From NCBI RefSeq assembly GCF_002113885.1, contig NW_018408800.1, positions 200,907-264,906 on the forward strand: a DNA stretch of 64,000 nucleotides. The letters run 5' to 3'. The notes under the pieces were generated by a model that worked only from the letters and a program-made list of their open reading frames with translations, did not search any database and was not told the DNA's origin. How positions within the stretch are numbered: the first letter of the stretch is position 1; every line of letters starts with the position of its first letter. The DNA is from Mizuhopecten yessoensis. Its lineage: Eukaryota. Positions 35,101 through 49,462 of this stretch are shown here, in pieces. Made by a program: the position numbers and the translations under genes.

Positions 35101-38100
35101 CATCCAGACACGATTTCTCACCCGGGAAAGACATTGTACTTAAAGTGCTGCGTTCGCAACACGATTTATCACCCCAGCACGATTTCTCAGCCGGGTGAAA
35201 AATCATCGTGCAAAACAGATCGGCATAGGTGATACGTTTTTTTCACCCGGCACGACTTCTCATCCCAACTCTCAATTGGGGATGGATCTTGTCCGTGGTG
35301 TCTTAAAACTTGCCTAAGTTTACATGTAATAGATAATGATTTCAAATGAGTAGTAGTCCAATGTGCAGCATGCCTAATATGTATTGATTGATTTATCTAT
35401 CAATCTATTTAGACTAAATTTTCAAGGTTTTGTCCACATAAATAAATGCATTTCTGGTATTTATAGCATATACAAGTGTTTTTGTTATTTAATGTTGTTT
35501 GAAACGTTTAACATGTAAGACCACACAAAGTAAGTAAAGTGTTCCGCAACCGTTCAAGGTATCTGCTGGTCAACTATTTAGGACAAATGTACTTTGCACA
35601 GGTGGTACATACAAACAGTTGATAGACTACTGACGTACGATACCACATCATAGGATTACAGACACTTCGAGGCAGGTGAGTAAAAATATTTGATATACCT
35701 TGAAACAAAGTAACTGGAAACTAAATGAAAAGACCACCACAGGATTCGAGAAGAGACATATAAACAAACCAGTGTTCAAAAATTACTGAGACTGTGATAG
35801 GTGTTGCGGAAAGTTAAACGCATTTTACACCATATCATGTAATACCTGTCGTAATGTCTGTCACCTTGTTGAAGGTCACCAGCTTTCTAAACTCAAGTGA
35901 ATATGTTTTAAATTTATAATCAGATGCAAACAAAATCTGATATTCTTTGTTATGATAAAATGAACCTTATTTTTTATCATACCATATACATTTACATCAT
36001 ATTATGTAATACCTGTCGTAATGTCTGTCACCTTGTTGAAGGTCACCAGCTTTCTAAACTCAAGTGAATATGTTTTAAATTTATAATCAGATGCAAACAA
36101 AATCTGATACTCTTTGTTATGATAAAATGAACCTTATTTTTTATCATACCATATATATTTTGTTCACGTACATATAGATTCAGCGAGGCGACAAACCGGT
36201 AGACATTTACGGTGGCCCGTTAGAGCTATAATATGAAAATGATTTATTAATAATTGCCACTCATATATCTGGAAGCGAGGCCGCTAATTGCTTATCACAC
36301 GGAAGTTTATAAATCTAAAATGTATTCATTTACTTTTGAAATACGCAACAGGAGTCTTAAAATATCTTCACAGATGAAAACAAATATACTGTTGCCCGAT
36401 TCATACAATGCACGTGCGCGCACCTTCTTAAACACATTCAAACGTAATCCGGTTCACCTAAATTGATCCGTTAAAATACTTCAACACGGATTCCGACATC
36501 ATCAGTATCGTACGAGAATTTACATGTCATCAAGCCAACAACAGCTGGTCACTGTAAGTCAGTTATTCCTCTGAATCTAGTGTCCTTTAAATGTCGCTCG
36601 GTGCCCAAATGCCCCGTGGTACAATGGAAATCTCCGCGTAGAAAAACAGAACCGTAGAAAAGCAGAGAGACAGTGGCGAAGGACCAAATTAACCGTTCAT
36701 CAACAGATTTATAGGGAACAATGTCGACTAGTTGGTTCACTTCTCATTCAGTCAAAGAAGACTTATTATTTCGAAAGAATTGAAGAATGTGGTTAGGACC
36801 ATAGACTTTTTAGACTCACCAAAAACTTAATGGGTCAAAAAGGTGAAATTATCTTACCAAACTGTAATTCTGAAAAAGACTTGTCAAACAGGTTCAGTGA
36901 TGTCTTTCTGAATAAAACCAGCTCGATCAGGAAAATATATTGGAAGTGAACTCTACTGCTGACAATGATATCTCTGTCATGACTGCTGAAATTAAATTTG
37001 ATGGGGAACGATTGACAAAGCTCACACCAACAACCCCTGACGAGTTGCGCAATATCATCATGACCCCGCAATCGAAGTCCTGTGAGTTTGATCCACTGCC
37101 TACAGACCTATTAAATCAATGTCTTGAAGCACTGCTTCCCTTGATTACCTCAATCATGAACAAATCATTTGCTGGGTCAAAGGTTCCTTTGTGTTTCAAG
37201 AAGGCACATGTAAAACCATTGATGATGAAGCCTGGATTGGAAAAGGAGGAGTTGAAGAACTACCGCCCAGTATCAAATCTGCCTTTTCAGTCTTAGATCT
37301 TGGAGACGGATTTGTCCCGGCGTTTAGAGATTCATCTCCATGCAAACAGTTTCCACGACAACATGCAATCGGCCTACCACATGGGACACTCTACTGAGAC
37401 GGCCCTCCTACGTGTACATAATGACATATCTTCTGCATTGGATAACAAGTGCAGAGCGGTGCTTGTCATGCTGGACTTGTCAGCTGCATTTGACGTCATC
37501 GACCATGGCATACTTTATAAACATCTGGAGTACTATTATGGAGTGACTGATACCGCACTATGATGGATACAGTCTTATCTGAGTGAACGACGATANGGGT
37601 GGGGGTGGGGGGTGTTATACAACATTGAGTTCCCTTGGCCTAAGGATGATCCAGGCAAAATTTAGTCCAAATCTACTGGATCAGGTGAGCTAAATATTGA
37701 AGTTCGAACAAGTTCAAAGTTTGAAGTTTACGCAGTAGTTTCTAAATGAATAAACCTTAATAAACCACAATCCCCCCAAATCAAAATGTTCGTACTCATG
37801 GCAACGGGCAATATGCCTACGCCTAACACGATTTCTTACCCTAGGTGAGAAATCGTGCAGAGGTGGGAAATCGTGTTGCGAACTCAGCAATTTCTCACCC
37901 GACATGATTTCTCAAATCATGTCGGGTGAGAAATCGTGCCGTAACAAAAGTGTCTTAATTTTGTTGTGTTGAAGATGGATTTGTCACGATAAAGTTGCTG
38001 AGTTATATGAGCTACCTTACCGACTGTTTGTACAGTATTTTTATCATCTTTTCTTTACCCATTTTAACATACATATAACATATACATTATCACCATGCCT

Positions 38101-40562
38101 CTTTTCTTACCAATTTAGCCTTCTTGAATCTTATGCGTACATATACCAAATACTGTACTAGTTTTGTTTATCTACTTAGATCCTTAAATATTAGTCCCAT
38201 CCCCGACGCCAACGTTTCTACATACCTGTAAAAAGGGATTTGTAGCCTACTGACTGTGCAAGTTATGTATGCTTACCAATCGCAGCTTTCGCGAAACAAT
38301 CCGAACGTAAGAGCTCTGTTTACATATTCATGACAGTTTGGTGCCCGTCGGCGTCGTTAGTGCATATGCTGCTTTTCTAATAGAGACAACTATAACCTGC
38401 TCGACAGAGCCAGCCTCAGAACATTCCGTCAGAAATGTCTTGCAGATCCCTAACTATGATATAACAGACTACCTAAACCGTCTTGAGATCGTAAATTATG
38501 TCTTTCCTTCTTACCTATTAACGCCGTCTTGTAACCCGCCGATTTTGCCAGTTCTGCTATGGTGATCTCGCCGTGAGGAAGTCCCCCACGGCAGGCTAGA
38601 AAGGTGTTGATTCGAATGTGTCCGGACGGCACCATACCTGGAAAATCAAACATGGCTTCAAATATGGTACCCTGCTTACATATGTTACATTTTAGCCAGC
38701 ATATTTCAAACATATGCTTTTAAACTACCTTTTGATAAACGTCATCTTTAAAATATATAGAGAGAGATCCCCTTGCTCAGTGTAGTCGACGTATCTATGG
38801 TATATCAACTATGATATCTACCGTTTTCATGATTTTCAAATCAATACTTTAATTTAGAAATTAGATTTATCCTATAAAATCGATCTATCCAACATTGTTT
38901 TCCCTTTGCCAGCCCTAGTGCACTCTCTGTTTTTTTCTTAACGCTCAACAAGGTTCCCGATCACGTGAACAGTTATTTGCCGATTTCCGCCCACATTAAG
39001 ACCCCTGCGCGTTTTCATCCGAGCCAACAATAGTGATTAAGCGACAATAAGTTACAATTAGTTATTTCATTATTGTTGTAAAATAAATAACGTTTACATT
39101 GCCTCTTTACTTGCTAGTAATAAATTACATTTATAGCATTGTCTAGGCTACTTTTTGTCTGATAGGTACAGATTTTGACTTATTGTGACTAGTAAGGCCG
39201 CTTCCAGACGATGCGTCTACTGACAGACTTTCGCATATAAAACTGCAAAAAAAGTCATTACATGTGACTACTACTTACATTGAATGACTTAAGTCCTGAT
39301 TCCTTTGGTTAAAAAAAACATAATAGACTTACGAACAGTAAACGGTCTGATTCAGATCTTTCAACGGAAAAAGGAAAAGATGTCATCCGGTTTTCTGATA
39401 GTTACGACCTAAGTCAAGACTTTTCACTTCGGTGAGCGGACATATGCATTTCAAAAGCCGGACGATCGTAATGATATCAAGTATAGACCGATAACAGTAA
39501 GGATATATTTGAGGATGTATTTGAGGATGTATGCGAGCATATTACTATCAACGGATTCCTTAGATTAACATAGAAGAAAAAACATAGCCCGTTATGGCAG
39601 ATGATCTATAATAATTTATTTATATATTTTTTCAAGTTGACCACTTTTATAATGTCTACTGTTGAAAAGATAAATATGACATATTCTATCACACTTCTTG
39701 AGGAGATATCACTAGGGATAAAGATGAAACGTGTTGAATTAATCAACAACTTAATGACTACAACACCACACACTTCTATGGCATTGCATGAATACATATC
39801 TTCACAAAGATTACTGATGAAAGTGTCAAGAACAACAGGTAATTAAGGAAATATGATAAATTATTATAAAGACTAGAGCGACACAAAGCAGGTAGGTAAA
39901 CAAGTATATATCATTCGTTTCTTTGTTTCAAAGTGATTGTCAATAAAATAGCATTTATAATGGTTTTAGAAATAGTAATTAAAATTTTGTAAATCTATAT
40001 ATAACGCGTTTAATCTGTGTACAGCTATATTTGATTTGACAACAACCTTAAGGGAGAAAACTTAATACAATTCCGAGCTAAATTTCTTTAAGTAAACATC
40101 TATGTTTAAACGGATCTCATGATACACTGGCCATTCTTGTTTTGTCGTGGTAGACAGGTTGAATACAGGTTATTTTTAGTCCAGATAAGATATATGAGCG
40201 CATTTTCATTATTTACCTTCCTACTTACAGTAACTGACCGACCGATGGACGGTTTATCAATGTCATCGTCTCTCAATGTAGAATTATGTGTTACCTGATC
40301 TGACCGGATAGCGACCCGTCAGTAGCGCTGTGCGACTCGGGGAACACATACTCGCAGCCGCTAGATGATGTGTCATCTTAGCACCCTCAGTTGCCAGACG
40401 GTCTATGTTGGGGGTTTTTAAGGAAGTGTTACCAAAACAGCCCACGTCACCGTAACCAAGGTCGTCGGCGATGAAAATGACGATATTGGGGGAGGCATTT
40501 GCAAAGAGGGCCGATTCAAGGGCAAATCCCACCATAGAAATTAGTACGTGGATTGACGTCAT
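32106..40562 (-). CDS. Steroid sulfatase-like arylsulfatase (STS/ARSD-H group), 572 aa
   Basis: Exons 40562-40295, 38637-38515, 34887-34192, 33997-33713 and 32452-32106, all phase 1 GT-AG (1719 nt). Signal peptide; [15 protein letters not shown]; formylglycine motif [12 protein letters not shown]; [13 protein letters not shown]; two-helix hydrophobic hairpin; FTSDNG; EGGIRMP; C-terminal CCNFPSCHC typical of STS. Probable non-coding exon donor near 40930. Confidence 0.92.
35837..36157. repeat. 167-bp direct tandem duplication
   Basis: ATGTAATACCTGTCGTAATG.. at 35837 and 36004, near identical. Confidence 0.9.
36430..37595 (+). mobile_element. CR1/L2-type LINE ORF2 fragment (reverse transcriptase), decayed
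   Basis: [51 protein letters not shown], with in-frame stops. Breaks at the N at 37596. Confidence 0.9.
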
Positions 40563-41579
40563 CTATATTAAAGAAATTAAAATCTTAGATCATATACGAA
40601 ATCAGCATACACAAAGAAACATCGGTTACTGATACATGACGCAAATGTATTGACTGATTAAATGGACATGGTTAGGTTAGTGGCTGTATGTGATATTGTT
40701 ATCAGTGTTTAGGTTTCGGCTGAGGTTGGTTGAGACATTGTGATGTTTTTGTTAATGTTGTGGGTCATGGTCAAGTTAGGTGACACATTTTCACTGCTAA
40801 TGTTCATGCTACGGTTTGGTCAGTGGCTGTTATAACAAAAGATACGTATACATGCTTCGATAATTCAATTTGTCGTAAATGTTCTATTTAAATTTAAATT
40901 AAGTATGAACGTGAAAAACATAAATGTTTACCTTTGTGTGTTGTCAGCAGCACCTGTCGCTGATGTGTACAGTCCTCGATCTCAGGGTTTATCATGTTCA
41001 CATAAATTGGGCAAGACTTATCAGGAATTACACAGGTCAAGCGACCACCAGGTACTAACAACAGTGTATCACGTAGATAATATATTCACTTTATAACTCC
41101 GGCGTTAAACCACGGTGTTATCTTTGTCATTTTTAATATTTGTAATAATTATATAACGCATATATTTAACGAATAATATTTGAATTACAAATTGAATAAT
41201 ATGATTTAGTTTTGCTTGTTACACGCCGCATTGTTTTATATTGGTTAAAAGTTACCTATGTTGATCAGACTATTACACTGGAAGTAAAAGTATACAGTAA
41301 TTTGTTAATTCAATAGATGATATGACTCATTATTTGTTAAAAATGAAATAAAAACGACACAGATTAAATGTGGTTACATATCAATGAAATAACGTGGACA
41401 ATATATATCCCTTCATCAAATACGTTGACTTTTTCATTTTTCCATGAAGCAAACATTTAGCACCTTCATCGTAAAATACTTTATGATATATGTCATGTGA
41501 ATTGTATATGAAGCCAACCCTTAAACAAAGGATGCTGAATAACACATCGGTATGTACAAACATGTAATACTGTACAGAG

Positions 41580-41845
41580 AAGCTCATTGATGTATACAGA
41601 TTAACATAAACCTGTTATACATAGCATCTCATTGATGAACACAGCTTAACATAAACTTGTAATACTTAGCATCTCATTGATGAACACAGCTTAACATAAA
41701 CTTGTAATACTTAGCATCTCATTGATGTACACAGCTTAACATAAACGTGTTATATATAGCATCTCATTGATGTATTCAGATGAATATAAACGTGTTATAC
41801 AGAGCAACTCATTGATGTATTCAGATGAATATAAACGTGTTATAC
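41580..41845. repeat. 45-bp minisatellite, ~6 copies
   Basis: Unit CTCATTGATG(A/T)ACACAGCTTAACATAAAC.TGT.ATAC.TAGCAT. Confidence 0.9.
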
Positions 41846-44800
41846 GAGTAATAAACGAGTAATTATTTGATGTATGCAGCACACATATCATAGAAATTTT
41901 AATTCAGTGTAATTTATCAATGCATATCATTTTTCTTTTAAAACAAGCTGAATGCTTATCAATTCGAAATGTATCTCAAAACAAAAGCAACTAAGATAAA
42001 CAAAGTCTAAACTCGGCACTCGGCACACAACATCAACTACGTTCTTTCGTAACCATCCTTCATCCGTCGTTTTGAAATGATCAAAGAACAAATGTATGTG
42101 ACCTATTAAGGCTTGGTGTCATACAAATAATTAGAGGGAAATTTATATTCCTTTGACATGACAAACATTACATTACATTATGTCAATACCATCCTAATTT
42201 AGCAGTCACCCGTCGATGGACACAATAGGCGAATTCCACAAATAGTAACATGGCCTCCTGTCCAGATAGGATAAAGACAAAGTACTCTACAACTGTAATA
42301 GTAGGGAATACATGGGGCTATATCTATATCATATGGAATCTAGTATCCCAGGAAAAAACATGAAGGAATAGGAGATCAAACAGAGTGTTACTTATTTGTA
42401 TGATTTGTTACTACTCTAAAAGTATTGACATTTCCCTCTTCATTCGAGACACAGTATTTCTAATTATACTGTAGAAAGGTAGATATTTTTTGAGTATTTA
42501 CAATTCAGTTAATTTTACCTGAATCATATCAATTATATATTTTTTGTGTACTTGTGATTTTGAGGGGTTGATTTGTAATACATTTATAAACACACTTGGT
42601 TACGATTAAATATGTGCCATATGTTCTAATGTAATGTCATATGCAAGTAATATAGTAGCACCATATAAAGATGACAGCCTTTATACGACGTTAAAAAAAT
42701 CTTTCCTTAAAAATAAAATTAAGAGCAATCGGTTATAATTCACAGACCTTTTCATATTGCTCATGTTAATCTTCACAAAAGAGAAGATATAGATTAGTTA
42801 CAAAAATATTTTGGTGCAATATTTATTACTATCGGCTTTAAATATGGAACTTCTTGTTGAGAAGCATAACGAACAGTTAAAAACCCAAAATGTATGGATA
42901 ATCTCCCTTTTCGCACTATGCTTCACCGTATAGTATCAGACAGTCGAATGAACTCTAACGATAATGAAACTCTAAAGAAAAAATCCTTATCCTGTTTTGT
43001 TGTTATTTTTGCAACCACCATTTTATTCACAGAATTTTCATAGAAAAATAAAAAAGTATATTCATAAACGATTTTTTGGACAACGAATGTTTCAATTATT
43101 TTATTATAGGATATCCCAATAGGGTAACCCTAAATATCCCCTTTATGGGACCCCTTCAATGCTAGAAGTAATTAAGGGGTTTTTCATTGGTCAAGAGGTC
43201 AGTCCCCCTTGCAGCATCCGACGCGCACCCCACTTGACCCGCTTCGCTGAAGAAAAATTGACGCCATTTTTTCGGACAAACAATTATCATCAAATACAAA
43301 CAACAACAATACTTTGGATCTGATCGGGAAAGCTTAAATAATATCATTATTTCCAGTCTTCTGTTAAGATATTCCAAGAAAGAAATGATTTCAAGAGAAC
43401 AAGCTATACAGAATAATTCAATAAATCCGGCAACCCTTCCATTTTCGATCGGGTGAGCCATTTACGCCAAAACCCTTGTCTTTGTTGTATGTTTAGTAAA
43501 CAGAGCCTCGCTGCATGTTCGAGTATCAAGGATATACATATGTAATTATTGTGACATCTCTGAGCTGCGGGGTGGACGCTGGAATACAAAAGGAAGGACA
43601 GAAATATATATATTTCGTACGTTATAATACAAAATTATCAAAAGGGAGCAAAAGGCTCTTTCATAGATTACGAAAGTGATCCTAGGTAATTCAAGATTTC
43701 GTGTTTTGCCTTTGAACTACTGGGTAGCTATGGTTAACCTCTCGTCACGATCACTGCGTACTACACAGCGTACTACACATTCAGGAACAATCTGACATGC
43801 CATTTAGTCTCCAGTAACGACACTCTACTCCACAGCACAGCCCACCTGTATATTTATCCCACGGCACTACAACAACTCTGTCACGCCACTTCATTTTTGT
43901 AACCAGAACTTAAGTTAATAAAAGTATAGGATACCAGCAAGTTGAAAAGTATCGTAACCGTTGTCCCTATTATAAAATATGTGTTTAAGATCTATTTAAA
44001 ATAAGTCTACTATAATTCTATAAAAATCGCCTGTCAGGATGATTTACAGAATTCTAGTTGTTCGAAATTTGAATGTAAGAAGATAGAAGATAAAAAGTTA
44101 CAGGAGTCAAATCCGGGACCTCTGCATTGCCTAGTTTACATTTTATCAATGACTCCATCTTCGAATTGCAGGAGCATGGAATCAAAAATATTGTCCAATT
44201 TATTGGTCGCAAAGCCTACGAACACAAACCCCTGAAAGTTACTATAAGAGGGAAACACTAAGTTTGGTTGTAATAAATCTATGCAGAAGGGAGAATACTC
44301 CAAATGAAAACTCTTATTCCTCCCCGAGATCCTCACTGACGCGAGAACTGACGCGAGAAATTAGATATTAGTCACATTACAATAAACTTGTCTCTGGTTG
44401 ATGGGAAAGAACATTACAAGGGGCGTAATAGTTCGAAGTTGTCCCTAAGGTTGGATTTTGTTAATCTTTCATAGTATTTAACATTTTGACAGTTACATCA
44501 ATTAGGTGTTTTTTAATGTTACTAATTGCAGTGTTGGATGCTGTATCTCAATAAACGGCAAATGAATTTCAATTATATATTATTTGATAAGAGGATGTTA
44601 TTTCAACAATATATAATGAATAGGACTCTTAACCTTTTAGCAAATCAGATAATCTTTAAATCCTTTTTTTGGGAAAAGTTGTCAACGAGAATGATGCTTA
44701 ACCCTCGGACAGACAACGGAATTGGATTTTCAGATATAATCAGCTATGAATTAAATACAGTTATTAAAGGGATGAATCATAGCCCAATACCTTTGATTCT

Positions 44801-45671
44801 TTCTATCATTACATGTTTGACTTCTCAACTACGGCTATAAACTAGCCGTCAACCCTGAGAAATATATATCAGGAATAGACACGCATTATCAGATCATGGT
44901 TGCCATTTTGCACGGTTTGTTATTTTTGAATACACCCGATGTGATACATCGGGATCCTTGTGGGTTGAGCTTAACCATATCATTAACTTTGCGAGTTTTA
45001 CTTTTTAAGGTTTAAGATTAAATAGGATACAAAAACAAGCAAGTTTTTCCTACAATGATTTATCATGAATCGTTATGGCAATCGTATGCCATGTTGTTTT
45101 TATGATTTGCGATGGGTTTTTTTTTCCATGAATATAAATATAATTGTTTGATAGCAACACAAGTATTCAAAAATAGTTATTGTCATGTTTGAGGTGGACA
45201 GACAGGTACATCAACCCGTTTGGACCTTACATTGTCTCCAGGATCTGGGTTATGATATTCGCTTTGGCACACGACGTAGGCGAATTGAAATTGCATAACA
45301 ATGTTGTTACACCCACTCAAATAAAACTGAAGTGTCATTCATCCGCTCTGCTGCTTTTCCAGAGAAAGTTTATCATTGTACCGACATTAAATCGTGTTTT
45401 TGTCACACAATGTCCACCTCTGTTGAAATTCAACGACCGATTTGCGTGTCACACGAGATCAAAACTAGTTAAGGAAACATGAGCAGTGTTAATCCCTCAG
45501 ATTTTTACAACAATAAACTTATATTGCTTTCAATTTGACAACCAACAAGGATCGAATTTCTTTGTTCATCTGATAAATTGAGGTCCCGGTACCCTGAACT
45601 ATTAAAACGCACGCAGCTGTATGTTATACCTAAACTTACCTGTTCGTGGTTAGTACTGGGCGTTTGACAAC

Positions 45672-48600
45672 ATGTCTTATTGGGCTGTTCTGCTGTCCTT
45701 ACTGGCCTTATTGACCACTGTCCGAGGCCATGGGTTTTTGAAGAGGCCTGCACAGCGGTCAACTGTGTGGAGAGAAGGACTGAATCCTGCTCTCGTAAAA
45801 AACTACAATGACATGGAGGTAAACTGCGGAGGTGCTGGGGTAGGTAGTTATGTCCGTCTTAATCATTGTAGAAAAGGACGGTTAAACTTTTTGAAGAGAG
45901 AATAGCTCGACAACTAATGAACAATGTAAAACATGCCAGGTCTCCACAGGTGTTGATCTATAATACATTATGTAATGAAATATTTATCTCATCAATTCAG
46001 CAATTTTTGCCGAAATGGATCTCAAAATATATTCTTCTGTTAACAAATTGAGGACTAAAGTACTAGTTATACGTAAACGTTGTGTGAGAAATATCCTATG
46101 TGTTTCTAATATTATCTTTGATAAAAGCAGTCCAGTATTGTGTTGAGTACATACGTGTAATGTTGACAGATCATCAGAGAGAGCATGCATACTAGTCTGT
46201 TACACGACCGTAAAATAATATCTGTGATAAAAAGAAGTTATTTATTAGTATGGTGAACTAGAGGGGGTCCCACATCACTTTTTTGATCTGAAACTTACCC
46301 ATGTTTTAAAGTTTAATATTTGAATTCTTATTGCATTGGTATGTAACAGTGTTTGCTGCATGTTGACAGTGTACTACAAAGACTATGCTATTAAGTACAG
46401 TTATGAAGATTATGTGATGCTGTCAGCGTTTCTGTCACTTTTTTACGAGGAAAAAACCGAATAGCGCCAAAAGTTAGATCTTTACGATAATAAATACCTT
46501 AACAGTATTTCCTTTCATTCATATTTGATAACAATCTTTATTTGCACCTACATACATTGAATACTAAGTGATGTGCGTTTTGGTCGCTCGATTTTGTCTA
46601 TTTTGTGGTGTGACTACTAGAAAGAAACGTAACCAAAAATGTTATTCAATTTTCCTATACAAATCTTTTATCGGAATTAGATAAAATGAGAATTTATCAT
46701 TAAATTTCAGAGACAATACAGCGAAACAAATGATGGTAGATGCGGAACCTGCGGAGACGCGTTCGATGGTACACGTGACCACGAGCTTGGCGGCAAGTAC
46801 GGCTCAGGTTATATATCCCCGAATGCTGTATACACTCAGGGGCAGGTAATTCCAGCTGTTGTCGACATCACTGCCAATCACAAAGGTTGGTTTGAGTTTC
46901 GAATATGCCCAGCCAAGAATAACTATACACCCGTGACCAAGGAATGTCTAGAAAGCAATGTTCTTACCCTCGACGGAGGCTCGACCAGGTACATCCTACC
47001 TTCAACTACAAAAGGCGACATCGCTATTAATGTCCATCTACCGGACGACCTATCATGTGATCACTGTGTTCTGCAATGGTATTGGAAAGCAGGTATGGGT
47101 ATTATCTTATATCTTCAAATGTAAACCATATCTGTCAGCATGTCATCATGGTAAATATTTATGTATGTCTTGTGAAGTAAAAGCTAATATCAGCTTTGAT
47201 TTCTAAATGCTGTTTATGCAATGATCTGTGCTAAATGTTCTGTATTTTACATTAGACAAACTGTTGGTGAATTGCGTCAATGTATAACACTTCACAAACA
47301 ACAAAACCAAAAGTTACCATCTTAGAATTTTAAATGTAAATTTACATATACATTCACGTTAAAATGATAAGTTACACGTAATTTCTCTATATCAAGCGAC
47401 AGAAGGATCTGTTTAAATAAAGAAAATATGTGCGCAAAGTCTGTTACTATACCCATGCCTATAAATATATATCTATTTTTGTAACATCCTGTTTGTTGTT
47501 CCACAAATGTTGACGTTTAAGTGCATTGTTAATTTCGGCGTCATTTTCGGAATTATGGAAGATTGTATTGTGACGTCATAATTATCATGATGTCATGAAC
47601 CTTTGAAGGCTTGTTTCTAGACTTTTCAGATATATTCGTCAGTTTATGGTTTAGGTGAGGAAGTTTTCGTCATTGAAACCCAATAGGAGTTAAAGCTATT
47701 AATCTGGTTATCAAGTGAGGTCACTGTCGTGACTTAGTACGTGTTTATAGAAAGAGTTTTTGTGATATATGTGTGAGAGAGAACTACACGGCTCCTGACC
47801 TCTTCTTTTTTTAATGATATTCATAGATGATTTGAATGGTTGAATGAGCGTCCTCGCCGAGTTTATCATATTGTCATTGGTCTTTATTGATTCGTAGTTT
47901 ATACCTGTTGTGTTACAACAATTGGCCCTAGAATCCGGCTCTACTCCGGAAACTTAATCACTGGCTCACGATATTGAAATATTGGAGATCCCTACCCAAT
48001 TACCATATACTTTATACAACTGCTGGACACGAAAGGACAAATACAGATATTCTGGAATTTTTGAGATCTCCATCCTACAACCATATTATACCATTGCAGA
48101 TTATAAGAAGACAAATTCTGTGCCTTTTAAAATGTCATCAAGCTATATGACGCTAGTATACAATCACTCGTTAAGACTTGGTCCTCAAGTCATAATATTG
48201 CGATCCAATCAAAATACATATATATAAACTTGCTGGATTTGAAGAAGCACCAATACTCTCATGCTACTGATATTAGTTCTAGGTTCTGGACCCACGTTTC
48301 GAGACCAACATGCAAAGTTACTTTCAATTAGAATCATTTATCATGATAACTTCAACAACCAGATAAGCGATACAGTCATGTATTCCTATCGTTCAATTGT
48401 ATTTAGGTAAGTTCGAATGCTCTAACAAGGTATAATGGATGAGTTTTATTCTTCTGCCTGTTTTTAAAATGTTAAAGCAGTGATGGATGGTGTGTCGGCA
48501 TGGTTTATGTGTGAAAACGTCCGACATGTTGGTGATCCAGAATAGGAAATCGCTAATGTTGTTTTTGTGGGGGTTTTGGCAGGGTTTTGTTCAATGTACA

Positions 48601-49462
48601 TGTGTTTTCTTCTCAGATCGTTAAATCAGCGATGGAATGATAAAGACTGTGAAATAAACCGGAAGTTTCTGATGTAGATTAAAATAGGGCCATAACATTG
48701 AATCAGACATAAGAACAAGAATTAGTAATAATTTAGGTTTAGATGAGTTATTCAGTGTTAAGAAGAAGAAGAAGAAATGGTGTTTAGCGTCGCAATTTTT
48801 AGTGTACAATCACAATGCCGACAAATAGGAAATACAAATGAGCAAGAGAAGATAGTTAGTTGAAATTGTCCAGAACTATTAAGAAGTGATGTAGACTGTC
48901 ACGCATGCTCAGCAAATCACAAGACATGTGAGAACTGGTGAATATGCTTACCATTAAAGTAACTCCATTGGTTCCTGTTCATGTCATATCAACATGGGTA
49001 TGTACTTATTTAGTTTTTAAATTTAATTTCTTCATTGCTTTCACAGGGAATTCAAATAAAAACCAAGAGACTTTCGTCAACTGTGCTGATGTGACCATTA
49101 ATGCTCTAGCAGTCCAACCAAGTCCATCACCAACAACGACATCAACAGCTGCAATGCCGAACTCCTCCACACTCCCCACTACCACACTGCCCTCGACCAT
49201 GGCCTGTTACCCTGGTCAGTCACGAGTTTGTAGATGGACTGGACCCGACAACCCAATGATGAACCAAAGCCAACTAGACGCCTTTTGTGCGAGTACGTCA
49301 TCCGGTGCATTTTTTGAGATGAACTGCAGATGCGGTTGTGAGTGGTCCATGGTACCAGGGGATTGTACCGGGATACAACGAACGTGGGAAAACATTCCCA
49401 ATGCGGATCCGTTCTGTGCAGCTAACTGTGGGCAATGCCCGACAAGTCACTGCCGTTGCTAA
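45672..49462 (+). CDS. Secreted AA15-type lytic polysaccharide monooxygenase (chitin-binding type-4 domain), Thr/Ser linker and Cys-rich tail, 321 aa
   Basis: Exons 45672-45839, 46711-47092 and 49047-49462 (966 nt, phases 0/1). Signal peptide ends VRG and is followed by His1 (HGFLKRPAQRS.VWR). Motifs NY.D.E.NCGG, GRCGTCGD, TANHKGWFEFRICP, CDHCVLQWYW, QETFVNCADV. AATAAA near 49517. Confidence 0.92.

Larger units (their letters stand above)
35083..37946. mobile_element. Non-autonomous DNA transposon with TGT..ACA termini and 6-bp TSD, inside a sulfatase intron
   Basis: TIRs TGTTATGGCACGATTCCTCA / TGAGAAATCGTGCCGTAACA. AAAGTG at 35077-35082 and 37947-37952. Multiple subterminal CACGATTTCTCACCC motifs in both orientations. 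Confidence 0.8.

Noticed and set aside
43140-43600. GC-richer segment with short ORFs between the sulfatase and LPMO
   Set aside because: No domain, paired termini or splice pattern could be supported.
48938-49046. N-terminal extensions of ORF-track entries (also 34969, 34058, 2070, 58848)
   Set aside because: These are intron read-through upstream of the real splice acceptors.
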